Origin: Octopus vulgaris
Lineage: Eukaryota
Assembly: GCA_951406725.2 (NCBI GenBank)
Contig: OX597838.1
Location: forward strand, 1,984,001 to 2,048,000
Length of the DNA: 64,000 nt
Direction of reading: 5' to 3'
Program-made: the position numbers and the translations under genes
The notes under the pieces: model-generated
Seen by the model: only the letters and a program-made list of their open reading frames with translations
What the model was told of the DNA's origin: nothing
The model's database searches: none
In this document: piece after piece, positions 26,512 through 39,772 of the stretch
Position numbering within the stretch: the stretch's first letter is position 1
How the letters are laid out: each line of letters begins with the position of its first letter

Positions 26512-26713
26512 TACACACATTAATCATTAATCATGAATATGTGTGTGTGTGTGAGAGAGAGAGAATGTATGGACGTGTGTGCGTAATGAAACCGCCATCA
26601 ATTGATCTTGCCAATAAAATTGCCTCTCCTATCACTGTACACTTAGACGATCAGTGCTTTAAAATAATAAGATATTAATTCCTAACCATATATATGTGTA
26701 TGTATGTATATAC

Positions 26714-26767
<54 letters not shown>

Positions 26768-27456
26768 ATATTACGTATACATATAGGTATGTGTGTGTAT
26801 ATATGTATGTATACACATATACATATACATATATTTACATATATTCATATATGTATATAGAGAACTAGCATATATTTATATATACACACACACAGGTATA
26901 CATGTATGTATGTATGTATGTATGTATGTAAGTATGTATGTATAAATACAGATTTCACAGGGAGAGAGCGGGGCGGGGGAGAAAGCGTGGGAGAGAAACG
27001 GAGGGATCGATTGATAGAAAGGGAGAGAAGAAAGGACGAAGCAAGAGAAATAGTGAGGAGAAATGAGGGAGAGAGAGAGGGAGAGGAAAGACTGGGACAA
27101 AGAAATATAGAATGGGAAACGATATCGATTATTGATCTGTACAGTTCGATGTTTCACTGGAGATGTAGAAATTATCAGTCGGTTGTCTTATGGGGATATG
27201 GAGTCAGCAGTAGTGGGGCGGGTTGGAGCGCCAGCTAACAGAAGTGGCTGTCAATTAATTTCATCTTCCCTCGTCTCTAGTGTTCATCTCACCACCACCA
27301 TCACCACCATCGCCATCACCGACCTTCCACAGCTGACCACTCCTCCGAGGTAGCCTCGAACAACGAACCCTGAACCAGGGCGACGCCAGCCGCACTTGTT
27401 AGGTGTCAAGACAAGCTGTTGTGTATACCACCAAGAGTGATGACGACGGCGTCGAT

Positions 27457-27487
<31 letters not shown>

Positions 27488-27869
27488 GCGACGACGACGA
27501 TGATGATGATGATGATGGAGATTTTGGTGATGGTGCTACTGCCTACGCCGCTGCTGCTGGTGATGATGACAATGATGATGATATTGATGACGACAGTAAT
27601 GGTGGTGGTGGTGGTCACGATAATGGTTATTAGGATACACTGAATGCAATAACCATGACCAGCACCGTTACTGTTACAACCACCAAATAGATACCATATT
27701 GTGAATAATAATAACAACAACAACAACAACAACAACAATAATAATAATAATAACTCTTATATTTGCCAGAGGGGCAACAATGGGAGTACGTTACAAAAAC
27801 CAACCGAAGCCAGAACCGTAATCAACTCGATGCCTTAGTAATAAATTTTATGTCACGAATGAATACACT

Positions 27870-28000
27870 CTTTTCTACTCTAGGCACAAGGCCCGGAAAT
27901 TTGGGGGAGAGGGTCAGTCGATTAGATCGACCCTAGTACGTAGCTGGTACTTAATTTATCGGCTCCCGAAGATGATATGCAAAGTCGACCTCGGCGGGTT
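27870..28000 (-). mobile_element. 5'-truncated MetaSINE copy with 15-bp target-site duplication
   Basis: TSD ACGAATGAATACACT (27855-27869) / ACGAATGAATATACT (28001-28015); body AGTCGATTAGATCGACCC..GGTACTTAATTTATCG..AAAGTCGACCTCGGCGG. Confidence 0.88.
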
Positions 28001-28048
28001 ACGAATGAATATACTGATATATCAATGAATGAAAGCAGTTTATGTTAC

Positions 28049-28122
28049 CCATGGCTCTGATGAGTCGGCAATGACCGGGTGAAACTAGCCGAGTCGTTCA
28101 TCGGTTTCGGCTAGAGCGATGG
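28049..28122 (+). ncRNA. Degenerate type-I hammerhead ribozyme motif
   Basis: CCATGGCT-CTGATGA-GTCGG(CAATGA)CCGGGT-GAAA-CTAGCCGAG...TTCGGCTAG-AGCGATGG. Stems I, II and III are recognisable, but the UH of the cleavage site is missing. Confidence 0.6.
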
Positions 28123-29590
28123 TTTTTAATCATGTAGATAATTTACGCAGTGAGTTTATTAATATGGTTGGGGTAATTAATTCAACGGAGATTGGTTAAA
28201 TTTAGAGCCAACATGCTTAATGTGGAGAGGGTGGTATTTTCCAACTCAATAATAGAAACTTGTCCAGTTGCTTACATTTGATGAAAATGTCAGACCTAGA
28301 ATTTAGTAGCTCTGCAGAATTCTTAGATTTAAAAAGAATATGGGATCTTCCGGCGACGTAAAGCTTGTACCTCCATTAATGTATAGCATGGAAGCTCCAC
28401 ATAATGGACGTGCGAGAGTATTGTTGGAGCATTGTGTAAATATCCTCACCACTGGTGTCATTTTCCTTTTTCCTCTTGTCCTTCCTCGTTCTTTCCAGCT
28501 TCTTCTCAAAGAGCCGTCAAATTGCATCTAAAAAATTTGAATGGTTACTTGCAAATACACGGAATGCTATGTAACCTTATCCGACCATTGTATTTTCAGA
28601 GACATAAAACCCACACGTCCTTGCCTGAAATCCTGTGTATATTAAATGATGTTTATCTGTTATTGGATGACTTAATTTTAATGTTGACCCCCACCGGTAA
28701 CAAAACTGCACATATGTGCGTATGTGTGTGTGTGTGTGTATGTGGCGTGTGTGAGTGCAACATGTGTACGTATGCATGTATATCTTGTGTTTATCATACT
28801 TTTTCCTGCATGTGCTCGGTGTATCATAACCAGTAATTCTGTTAAGGACATCAGCAACCGCAACACTTTGCTGGAAGCAGACTGGATAACGATGTTTTGC
28901 GCAGCACTTTCAAGTCACCAGTAGCAATCGTACATAGAACTGTAAAACAAACTCTACTCTATGTGTGCACATGTATGTGTATGTGTGTATGTACGTGTGC
29001 ACTTGTGTGTGTGTATGTATGTATGTGTGTATGTATGTATGTAATTTATGTATGTATGTATGTATGCATGTACGCTTGTGTATTTAAATGTTTCCAAAGA
29101 AATTAAACTAGAAAAGCGAAATTTGATCTTCCTCTTCATGAAGAGGAGACATGGTCGAGTGGACTGAGACTTGACTAAATACTTATGACTTATGAATAAA
29201 GTGTTGCAATGGCAGTTTCAAGCCCCTTGCACAGTTTCACTTACGGCTTCCTAAGGAAAGTACTTTTATTCTACATTACCTCAATTAACCTGACTTCTGT
29301 CGAAACTATTCTAATCTATATCCTGAGAAAAATTAAATATCACATAGCAATTGTTGATGGATATCTCCGATCACCGAAGGTCAATAGATTGAACTGTAGG
29401 TGTCGCTCTTGTACGTGGCGCAAATCAATATTTATAGGCCAACCTATCGCCTTTTGCCATCCTGGCGTTCTAGATGGACATTAAATGATCGCCAATGAAG
29501 ACACATCTACACACGCACACACACACACATACACACAAATATACACATACACTCAATGTAGTCATGTCTGTCTGTCTGTTTCTGTCTCTG

Positions 29591-29630
<40 letters not shown>

Positions 29631-30468
29631 ACACATGCATACATTTTACATACTTATATATACCACGTCACATTCACACATGCACAGGGGTAGATGGGTG
29701 ATTTTCAAAAAGAGTGAGGTGGGTTTTGTAAGTGCGATTCTAAGAATTAGCTGTGGCAGAGTTCCTTTGGCTCAAATTTTCTGCTGATATAAATTTTACA
29801 TTTAAAGGAAAAGAAATGACATACAATTTTAGGCCTGGACATTCTAAATTAGAATATTCGATCTTGGTTCGATCTACAGGTCTGTCGCTTATTTTTGTAT
29901 TCATTTCACCGGCCATTAAATTAAACAAATCAGAAATGAAATAAAAGTTTAGTTTACTTCAAGGTATAACTGAGCCATATATAGGAAATAATAAAATTGA
30001 CAGCAGATCATTAAATGTCTGGAAATCAATATGGTCACCCAGAACCATTGGAGATGGTATCTTAGCAATGAAGTACCTCAGTAATATTTATATAGAGTCA
30101 GGAGTCGACTACGTTTTGTCTTGTTAACTGTTGTAATGTATAACACTAACTGCACAGTAACCTCCAACGAGTGAAAGGACTCGTATGTATTCACGTAACT
30201 TGCTGTGAAATAGCGGCGAAATCTACCTCAAAATACGCCGAAAGAAGTTTGGACTATGCAGTCCTAGACACACTAAAGAAAAGACTAGAAAGTCACGACT
30301 GGAATACACCGCCTGACGTGACCTGTGACTCATCAAAAATTATAACCAGAGTTAGTACCTACCATAATCACTAACACTAACTACTGCATCCCCTAATAAC
30401 TATTATTTTCAGTGATGCCATCAAGCATTCAATACTAAATACTCACCTACATTCACGACTGTGCATTA

Positions 30469-30699
30469 TTTTTCTTTACCACCCAGAAGGGGCTAAACAT
30501 AGAAGGGAAAACAAGGACAAACAAAGGGATTAAGTCGATTACATCGACCCCAGTGCGAAACTGGTACTTTATTTATCGACCCCGAAAAGATGAAAGGCAA
30601 AGTCGACCTCGGCGGAATTTGAACTCAGAACGTAATGACAGACGAAATACCGCTAAGCATTTCGCCCGGCGCGCTAACGTTTCTGCCAGCTCGCCGCCT
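30469..30699 (-). mobile_element. Full-length MetaSINE with perfect 17-bp TSD
   Basis: Minus strand GGCGGCGAGCTGGCAGAAACGTTAG..GAGTTCAAATTCC (B box)..GCCTTTCATCTTTTCGGGGTCGATAAAT..AGTACCAG (Meta domain). TSD TTCACGACTGTGCATTA at 30452-30468 and 30700-30716. Confidence 0.93.
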
Positions 30700-30949
30700 T
30701 TCACGACTGTGCATTAGTACTAAAAGCTCTACCCACTAATCCTAACTACTACAACCACTTGGTGACTACAACAGACTATCTCATCCTTTCAAACCCTGGA
30801 CACTCTTTTCACCATAATTGAGAATGCCACTGTCTTCATTTCAAGAGAGTCTCATTCAAAGACTGAATTTCAAATAATAGGTTTACAATATTGAAAAATC
30901 GTTTATATTTTTATATCATTGCATTTACTCGGAATATGTTTATAATGGA

Positions 30950-33100
30950 GTTTCGCAAATTTAATAGCAACAGAAAAATATCGAATAAACGTAGTATTTT
31001 CATTTTAATATTGATAACTGATTATTTGATAGAGTAATGTTATTGATGTCTAGATATTGACAGCACATCAATAGTTCGATGTATTGCCAAAATATTGATA
31101 TATAGGTCTAGCCTAATGATGATTATCATCAATGAGAAAACTCTGGTGGTTGATTTTCGTTCACCGATTCTTTCGATATTGGGAGCAGGGCCTCGAAGAG
31201 CAGAAAAACAAATCGTTTCTACCTTCCATTCCATTCGTTTGTTCGGTTGCTATTTGAAACTGAATTCAAGGGAACTGTCTCCCAAATGGAAGGAATACAT
31301 TTAGAGATCTCTACGACATTTCTGTATAGGAATCACACATCAAGGACCAAGATTCTGATTATTATTTCCTAGAATCATTATTTAACTCCCAGAACTTTTT
31401 CAACTGACAATTTAAATGGATTTCGCATGGAATCAAATCCTCACCGCAAACTATCGCCTGGATTCACTTTCTGTTGCTGTCAGACGTAAAATTTAAAACT
31501 TCATCTTATTTATTATATATTATTTTTTTTACCAATTCTGGAAGCAGCTTCAGTAACAAGAATTAATGAGTTTCTCTAACATTGCAAACTTTTTGGCACT
31601 AACCTTTCTTTTCAAATTTTCCACGAATGCTGTCAAAGAATCATGGAATTATAGGTTGTTAGCGTTTTCTTGTTTTTTTCTTTTGTTTTGCATCCGAAGA
31701 TTTGGTTTATTCTGCAGTTCTAAAATATCAACGAAATAGGCAAGTGTCATGATAAATTCTTCATTATTCTGCCAACCAAAAAATTCCATCCTCAACAAAT
31801 AATTTTAATTTATATCTTAGTCCAATTACATTTTTTTTTCCAGTTACAATTCCTCTTGAAAACCATCAAAAACTTTGAGTGCAAAAGAAACAAAAGATAC
31901 AAATGATGATCTTCAACCATAAATATATATTCAGAACGTGTTCAAAAGTTGTCGGTTTAGGGTTCCTCTTCTTAGAAAATTAATCATTTAAATTATTTGA
32001 TTCCAAAACTTCTTTTGTGAAGCTGCACAATGACTGGCTACATTCCTGGAAATTTGTTTTATTTTAATTCTTCACAGCGATACCACACATTGCTCGAAAT
32101 ATGACTGGCTCTCAATCTGTAAGAATTATCTCACAACAGATTTTTTTTTGATTCCATGAAATGGAAACCTTTGCTAAAATATCTCAGTGTTTCTTATTTC
32201 AAGAGAAGAGCTGCTCTTTAAAGGAACCTGGGGACACGATACCAAATCGATAGATCCACCAAGCTTAAACTGAAAATAAAATAAAATTTAATAAACCTTT
32301 CCTCATTCCCAACTGATCCTTAATGGGCAACGGTCCTCCATTAAAGGATTTGATAATAAAACTCCTGTAAGCTTTTCTTGCAGTTCCTTTCCCAACATAG
32401 TTTCCGCCATCTTCTAAGTACCAAAGTTCCTCAAAGTATATGTAATTCTTTCCAGTTTTCTTATGCCCAACACCGTCGCACAAGACGCTGCAATAACATT
32501 TGAGGAATGCCTTGGAACGGCCGTATTGAAGCCAGTTTCATTCTTCTGACAGGATTCCCATGATTTTCTAGAAATGGTTTTGTTCTCGACCTTTTCTGGT
32601 TAATAAACCATTATGCGAATGTTGCTTTAACTTCCTTGGATTCATGGAATCGTTTGAGAAAACTGCTGCAGATGACATATTGCGGTCTTTTTTCTTCTTT
32701 GATGATGATGATGACGATGATGATGATGACGACGACACGATCATGATGATGATGATGGTGATGGGGCTGGGGATGATGATGATGATGAGGAGGAGGAGGA
32801 GGGGGAATACGAATCGATATCGAATATTTATATAATCGATTTAAAATTCGCTGAATTTTGACGAACTCTAGAAACGCTAGAAAAGTTAAAGACAATTCTA
32901 CGTGGAATATGTCCAGAGTTGCGAAGAGCGAAATACTTTAATCATATCTGTGGCATTCAACAAAACTTATCGGATGTCACAGATTAATATAAAAACTGAT
33001 TACAATTCTATGGAATCTGTGAAATATTCAGAGCATCACACTTCATTAAATATTGCTCGAAACATCCACATGAAAAAACTCTAAACAACCCCAAGTGATT
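30950..33100. mobile_element. Decayed LINE-like debris
   Basis: About 2 kb of nearly microsatellite-free sequence with short coding-like segments but no intact diagnostic motif that I can read. Confidence 0.25.
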
Positions 33101-33144
33101 CACCGTTCCTCCGAATGACAATTCCTCTACATAACCACTAGTCT

Positions 33145-33480
33145 GAGACCCCCTTCGGTCACGACACAGACCATGGGATTACACCTAGAAAGTTACCCTC
33201 CCAGGCACAAGTCCGAGCAAGGTTGCTTCAGGAAGACCAGCAGTCGCCAATGCATACCAGCCTCCCCTCTCCACGTCACCAGTGTTATCCAAGGCAAGGG
33301 CAAAGGGGCCGATACAGCTTGGCACCTGCGACGTCGCCACTCATTTCTATTGCTGAGTGAACTGGAGCAACGTGAAATAAAGTGTCTTGCTCAAGAACAC
33401 AACACGCGGCCCGGTACGGGATTCGAGCTCACAACCTCGTGATTGTAAGTTCGATGCTCTAACCACTGAGCCATGCGCCT
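33145..33480 (-). mobile_element. Full-length tRNA-derived CORE-type SINE (same family as 21314-21645)
   Basis: Collinear reverse complement of the 21314 copy (GGCGCATGGCTCAGTGGTTAGAGC..TGTGTTCTTGAGCAAGACACTTTATTTCACGTTGCTCCAG..GACCGAAGGGGGTCTC). Confidence 0.9.
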
Positions 33481-33549
33481 TCAACAGTACTAACTAATAT
33501 AAGCAACAATATTGACAACATAGATATCAGAACTAACTACAGTAAATGA

Positions 33550-33737
33550 TGTGCCTGGGGAGAGTAATTTTCTTCTTGTGCCTTATAATTTAACACACTC
33601 ACCAGTCAAGACTATTGAAAAGGTTGCAAGACGCAACGAAAATTTTAGGAAAATAAAGATAAGGAATAAGTGAAAATTTTATGATGAGTGTGTTAAAATT
33701 ATAAGGCACAAAAAGAAAATGACTCTCCTCAAACACA
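33550..33737. mobile_element. MITE with ~52-bp imperfect terminal inverted repeats
   Basis: TGTG..GGAGAGTAATTTTCTTCTTGTGCCTTATAATTTAACACACTCA versus TGAGTGTGTTAAAATTATAAGGCACAAAAAGAAAATGACTCTCC..CACA. Confidence 0.8.
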
Positions 33738-34234
33738 ACTGAATATGCTTCAACACACGAACTCATATAAAGAATCTTGTAAACCAAATCCAAAAATGAA
33801 ATACAGTAAAAATGATATTAACTTTTGGATCTACTAACTAATATAGTCATCAAATTAATCACTACAGTCACTAATACTAATTATTATAATTATACTTAAT
33901 ATAAACGCCAATTCTAATTATTAATTACCTCGAATAAAACTTTAAGCAAAAAAAAACAATTATATCAAGCAATGGTCAGTTTTTTGTTGTCACAAATAGC
34001 AACCATTATAAACACAGATATCTCTTTCATTGACCATTCCTATCTTCCTTTTGAACTTGTCCATTTCTCTCCACGAATTCTAACGCTAATCATTCATCAT
34101 ATATTTAACATTTTCCCCTTATTTCATACACCTTCTTCGCACGTGCCCTCTTTCTTCCTTTTCTTTCTTTCTAACTTTCTTTCTTTCTTACTGCATACAC
34201 ACAAACACACATACGCACATCTATATTTCACAAC

Positions 34235-34318
<84 letters not shown>

Positions 34319-34832
34319 ATCTATCTATCTATCTATGCACCTACCTTCCTACCTACCGCTCTACCTGTCTGCCCACCTTCCGCGTTCTCCACTCATGCCT
34401 TTCTTCCACTACTCCTAAACCTTGAAAGTCTCTTTCTCCTCTCCCCCCACCCATCCCACCCGATGCACACATTCTAATACAGTTCAGTGCTCCCACCGGT
34501 CACTCACTAAGACAAAACAACATTATTATTAATTATTGAAAGTGTTTATATACATACACAGGTAGAAACGTGCATAGATGCATGTATACATACATGCATA
34601 ACTCTATACACACATATATACATCATTATATACATATATGCGCGCGCACACACACACACATATATATATATATAAACACGGACATACTTATGTACATATG
34701 TAAATGTTTATATACGTGTGTGTGTGTGTATGAGAGAGAGAGCGTGTGTGTGTGTATACGTTTATATATGTATCTCCATATATGAATATATGTGTATATA
34801 TATATTATGCGTATACATGCACACACCTATAT

Positions 34833-34956
<124 letters not shown>

Positions 34957-35044
34957 GTTGTATTTCACATTCTGTCCCTCTCTCTCACTCGCTCTCCTTG
35001 TATTTCACTAACCATTCACATGAACACAAATATATGTGCACATT

Positions 35045-35075
<31 letters not shown>

Positions 35076-35346
35076 CTACGTACACATACATACAGTGACA
35101 CACAGACTCCAAAATGACAAACTTCTTAGTAGCAATGTGATGTATTACGGTATTTCATAATTTGACCGTTGAAGATTTTCGTAGTAAGTATATTGTAGCG
35201 AGTGGAATACAAATTGATGTGTATAGCTGCTTCTAGTAGCACGAAAATGGAGGAAGATAGAGCAAAGCAACTCTAAGATGTCTTCACACAAGACTGACCA
35301 ATGTTAATATCCATATTGATCGGTTCCCTTTCTAGAATTCTCATTG

Positions 35347-35419
<73 letters not shown>

Positions 35420-35518
35420 CACTTCTCATGTCTAATTCAGATCATCTCATTTTATGCCTTCGATTACTCCCCCATCTCTTAATTTATCCTTTATATCCCC
35501 GTGTTCAACTTTCCCCAG

Positions 35519-35654
<136 letters not shown>

Positions 35655-35825
35655 GTCTGCTCGTCTGTCTGTCTTGATACATGTATGTGTGTGTGTGTAT
35701 ATATATATACATATAAACACATATATAAATACATACATATATATAGATACTCATACGCATGCATGTGTGTACGAATGTACCTGTATGTGTATTTGCATGT
35801 CTCTCTCTCTATATATATATATATA

Positions 35826-36202
35826 CTCTTACTCTTTACTCTTTTACTTGTTTCAGTCATTTGACTGACGCCATGCTGGAGCACCGCCTTTAGTCGAGCA
35901 AATCGACCCCGGGACTTATTCTTTGTAAGCCCAGTACTTATTCTATCGGTCTCTTTTGCCGAACCGCTAGATGACGGGGACGTAAACACACCAGCATCGG
36001 TTGTCAAGCAATGCTAGGGGGACAAACACAGACACACAAACATATACACACACATACATATATACAACAGGCTTCTTTCAGTTTCCGTCTACCAAATCCA
36101 CTCACAAGGATTTGGTCGGCCCGAGGCTATAGCAGAAGACACCTGCCCAAGATGCCACGCAGTGGGACTGAACTCGGAACCATGTGGTTGGTTAGCCACT
36201 CC
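35826..36202 (-). mobile_element. tRNA-derived SINE (second CORE-like family, internal TA/CA microsatellite)
   Basis: Reverse complement of the 51132-51530 copy, with high similarity. Confidence 0.92.
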
Positions 36203-36459
36203 TATATATATAACAAGTAAAGGTAAGATCCAAGAATCCAGCTGTATGGCGTTAGTAAGCTTCGAGCAGTCTGTCTAAAGTAAAAAGACAACTTACAGGA
36301 ACAATAGAGCTTTATTGACGTTGAAAGTTGTAAGTTTTTTTCACATTGAAGTTCTATAAGCTGAAAAAAGTTATTTTACAGCTGTGGTTGCTGTGTATCC
36401 GAAGGAAAATCCAAAATTGGGAAATAAAGTTGATAAACTCCAGACTACATATGTTCCTT

Positions 36460-36620
36460 TTTTTACAGCAGATTTTGGTAGAGCAATTTTGGAGAAGGAG
36501 ATAAGCCGACTCCAATGCTCAACGTCTATCGACCCGGAATGGATGAAAGGAAAAGTCCCCGGAAGAATGTTAACTCTGAACGAAAAGACGGACGAAATGC
36601 CGCTAATCATTTTGTCCGGC
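36460..36620 (-). mobile_element. Degenerate MetaSINE copy
   Basis: TATCGACCCGGAATGGATGAAAGG..GACGAAATGCCGCTAA.CATTTTGTCCGGC. Confidence 0.7.
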
Positions 36621-36819
36621 ATGATAACTATTCTGTCTATGGAAAGACAATCATGTTAGTTAATGTATTCCTCGATATGATTATATTTAATAAAAAAAAT
36701 ATTTGTTCATAGACTTGCTCTATCAGAGTAGATACACATCATCATCATCATCATCATCCTCATCATCATCATCATCAGCAGCAGCAGCAGCTGCAGCCAT
36801 GAACGTTATATTGCAGAAC

Positions 36820-37290
36820 GCATTATAAGATAAACTGTGAATTTGGAAAACCTCTTTGATCGAAGAACTACGGAATATTCGGACAAAGTTATTTTCGATG
36901 AAGCCGAACAGAAATTTAACCGGTTACTTAACTCTGATAACTTCAAAACACAACAATACAAAACTCCCTCACAGCTGCTCCCTACCCCTACCCTTAAAAA
37001 GAAAAATAAGATCTGGTTCAGCCCACCATTGAACGAGTAGGTCTCATAACAGGAAATTCTTTCTCCGGTCAGCAAACTACCGCAAACCGTTCAACAGTAA
37101 CAACATAAAAGTAATCAACTGCTGTAGAAAAGGTTCCCTCAGACAAATTATTTCATTAGATAATACAAAAATCACGAAATCTCACACTGAAAGTGAAAAC
37201 CAAAGAGTAGATAACTGCATTTGCTGGAGCAACACATCATAGCGATTATGTAATACGTCGGTCTAGTGGAATAAAACAAAAAATAGGCCG
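36820..37290 (+). mobile_element. Penelope-like RT C-terminal/linker remnant
   Basis: RRTTEYSDKVIFDEAEQKFNRLL...KKKNKIWFSPPLN matches the PLE motif (RRLS..S....F..A...YN.AL...RKRNIIWFNPPY). Confidence 0.75.
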
Positions 37291-37750
37291 TTCTATCTCT
37301 TTAATAGACACAAGAGAAGATGCCACAGTGAAAACCCGTAATGGGTTTTGAATCAGGTCAGGCAGAAACACAGACCAGCAAATGAACTGGATATATCTGG
37401 TCTGTCCATGTGAGATGAAAATGTTATAACATATACTGAAATGATAAAAAAAAAATGATATGACTATAAACCATTCCACACAAAAACAGAACTGGACTGT
37501 AATGGTCGCCACAGTGGGAAATGTTTTCTGTTACATTTTAAGGACAGCCCTGAGAACACTGATAACTATATACGTAACGATAAATAGCCACCATCTTGTT
37601 TCTTACTTTCTCAACTGCAGTTAAAGTGCATCGATGTTTGTTTCGCCCAATAAATGCATGTGGCAATGACATGCACAAAACATACATCTGTGCACATTAA
37701 TCAAACATACATACATGCATAAATGTATGCATGAGCACAAATATATGCTA

Positions 37751-37809
<59 letters not shown>

Positions 37810-37818
37810 AATCTATCC

Positions 37819-37941
<123 letters not shown>

Positions 37942-37954
37942 AATCTATCCATCC

Positions 37955-37997
<43 letters not shown>

Positions 37998-38005
37998 AAT
38001 CTATC

Positions 38006-38089
<84 letters not shown>

Positions 38090-38612
38090 GTCTATCTTTC
38101 TATCTACCTACCCGTCTGTCTGTCTGTTTGTCTCTCTAGCTATCTTACTGCTCTCTCTCTCTCTCTATCCCTCTCTCCCGCTTTATAAAATATATACTGT
38201 ACTATATAAATAGAGTGCTTTTACCCCTTTGTACCACAAACACTCACCAATTTATATCAATATATACATGTGCATGTGCATCTGCTTGTGTGTGTAGGTA
38301 TGATGCATATATATATATATATCTGTATATATACACATATTATATATATACATATATTATATATATACATATATAATATATATATATATATATGTGCATG
38401 CATGTATGTATGTATGCATGCATGCCTTTATGTATGTATAAGTGCGGCGTTGTCATTGTTATATAGTTTGGACGCATAAAACTTTCTCCGGTTATCCATT
38501 TAAACTAATTTTCACATCTTATCAGCTTTCAGGTTTTCTTGCTTCTGTCGTTATAGCATTAACTCGCTGTTCTCCATGCGTATAAATATGTATGTATGCA
38601 TGTGCAAATATG

Positions 38613-38670
<58 letters not shown>

Positions 38671-38795
38671 TATATATATATAAATATATATGCGTATATA
38701 TATATATATACATACATACATATATATATATATATAAATATATACACATATATATATAGATATATACATATATGTGCATATATACATACAGACAT

Positions 38796-38889
<94 letters not shown>

Positions 38890-39741
38890 CATATACATAT
38901 ATACATATATGTACATGTGTGTATATGTATATATATGTACATGTTCTAACATGTGTGTGTGTGAGTGTAGAAATGTGTATATGTTTCCATTTAATGCAAC
39001 CGCATAAGATATCTGACACCGCTCTTCAATGGAAATAGATTTTCTGAACGTTGTCTGTCATAATCTCGCAGGAAATTCCTCTCGCTCGACCATCTTCATA
39101 AAACATTAACATTTGACAGGTCTTAGAAAAATTTCTTCCTGCATTTTTAGTCAAAACACACAACCACCACCACCAGAAAAACAACAACAATAACAACAAC
39201 CTAAACGAAATAACTATATAAATATATTTAAATAATAATAATAATAATAGTAATAAAATACAAAACACATGAGATGTCGAGTTCCTTTTTCTGCTTTTTG
39301 TTTCTTTTTTTTATATTTTTCTTATTTCTCCATATTTAATCCTTACTCCTCAGCCATATTGCTTATCAACCGTTCCTTGCATTATTTATTTATATGTTTT
39401 CTATCACAACTTGAGTGTTTCTTGCTCTGGTTCTGTTGTAGTTTTTTTCTTGTTGTTTCGTTACGTGGTTTTCTCTTTAATTTTAATGCTTTTTTTTTCT
39501 TGCCTTGTTTTGTAAATTTTTTTTATTTTTATTTTTTTTATTTCTTGTTACATATGTTGCCACCGCCCTTGCTCGTGGTGCTGTTGCGGTTGTTGTGGCT
39601 GGTACGGTTGTGGTTGTTGTTGCTGTTATTGCTGTCCATGATGATGATGATAATGATGTTAATGATGATGTTGATGACGACGACGAGGATGTTGATGAGG
39701 ATGATGATGATGGTGATGATGATAAGTGATAATGATGATGA

Positions 39742-39772
<31 letters not shown>

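Noticed and set aside
28230-28560. piggyBac-like transposase fragment
   Set aside because: Only a vague resemblance (DIYTMLQQYSRTSIMWSF); no TTAA/TIR or catalytic motif visible.
38990-39145. Unique segment considered as a coding exon
   Set aside because: No frame gives a recognisable domain and there is no convincing splice pair; small exons cannot be excluded without RNA-seq.
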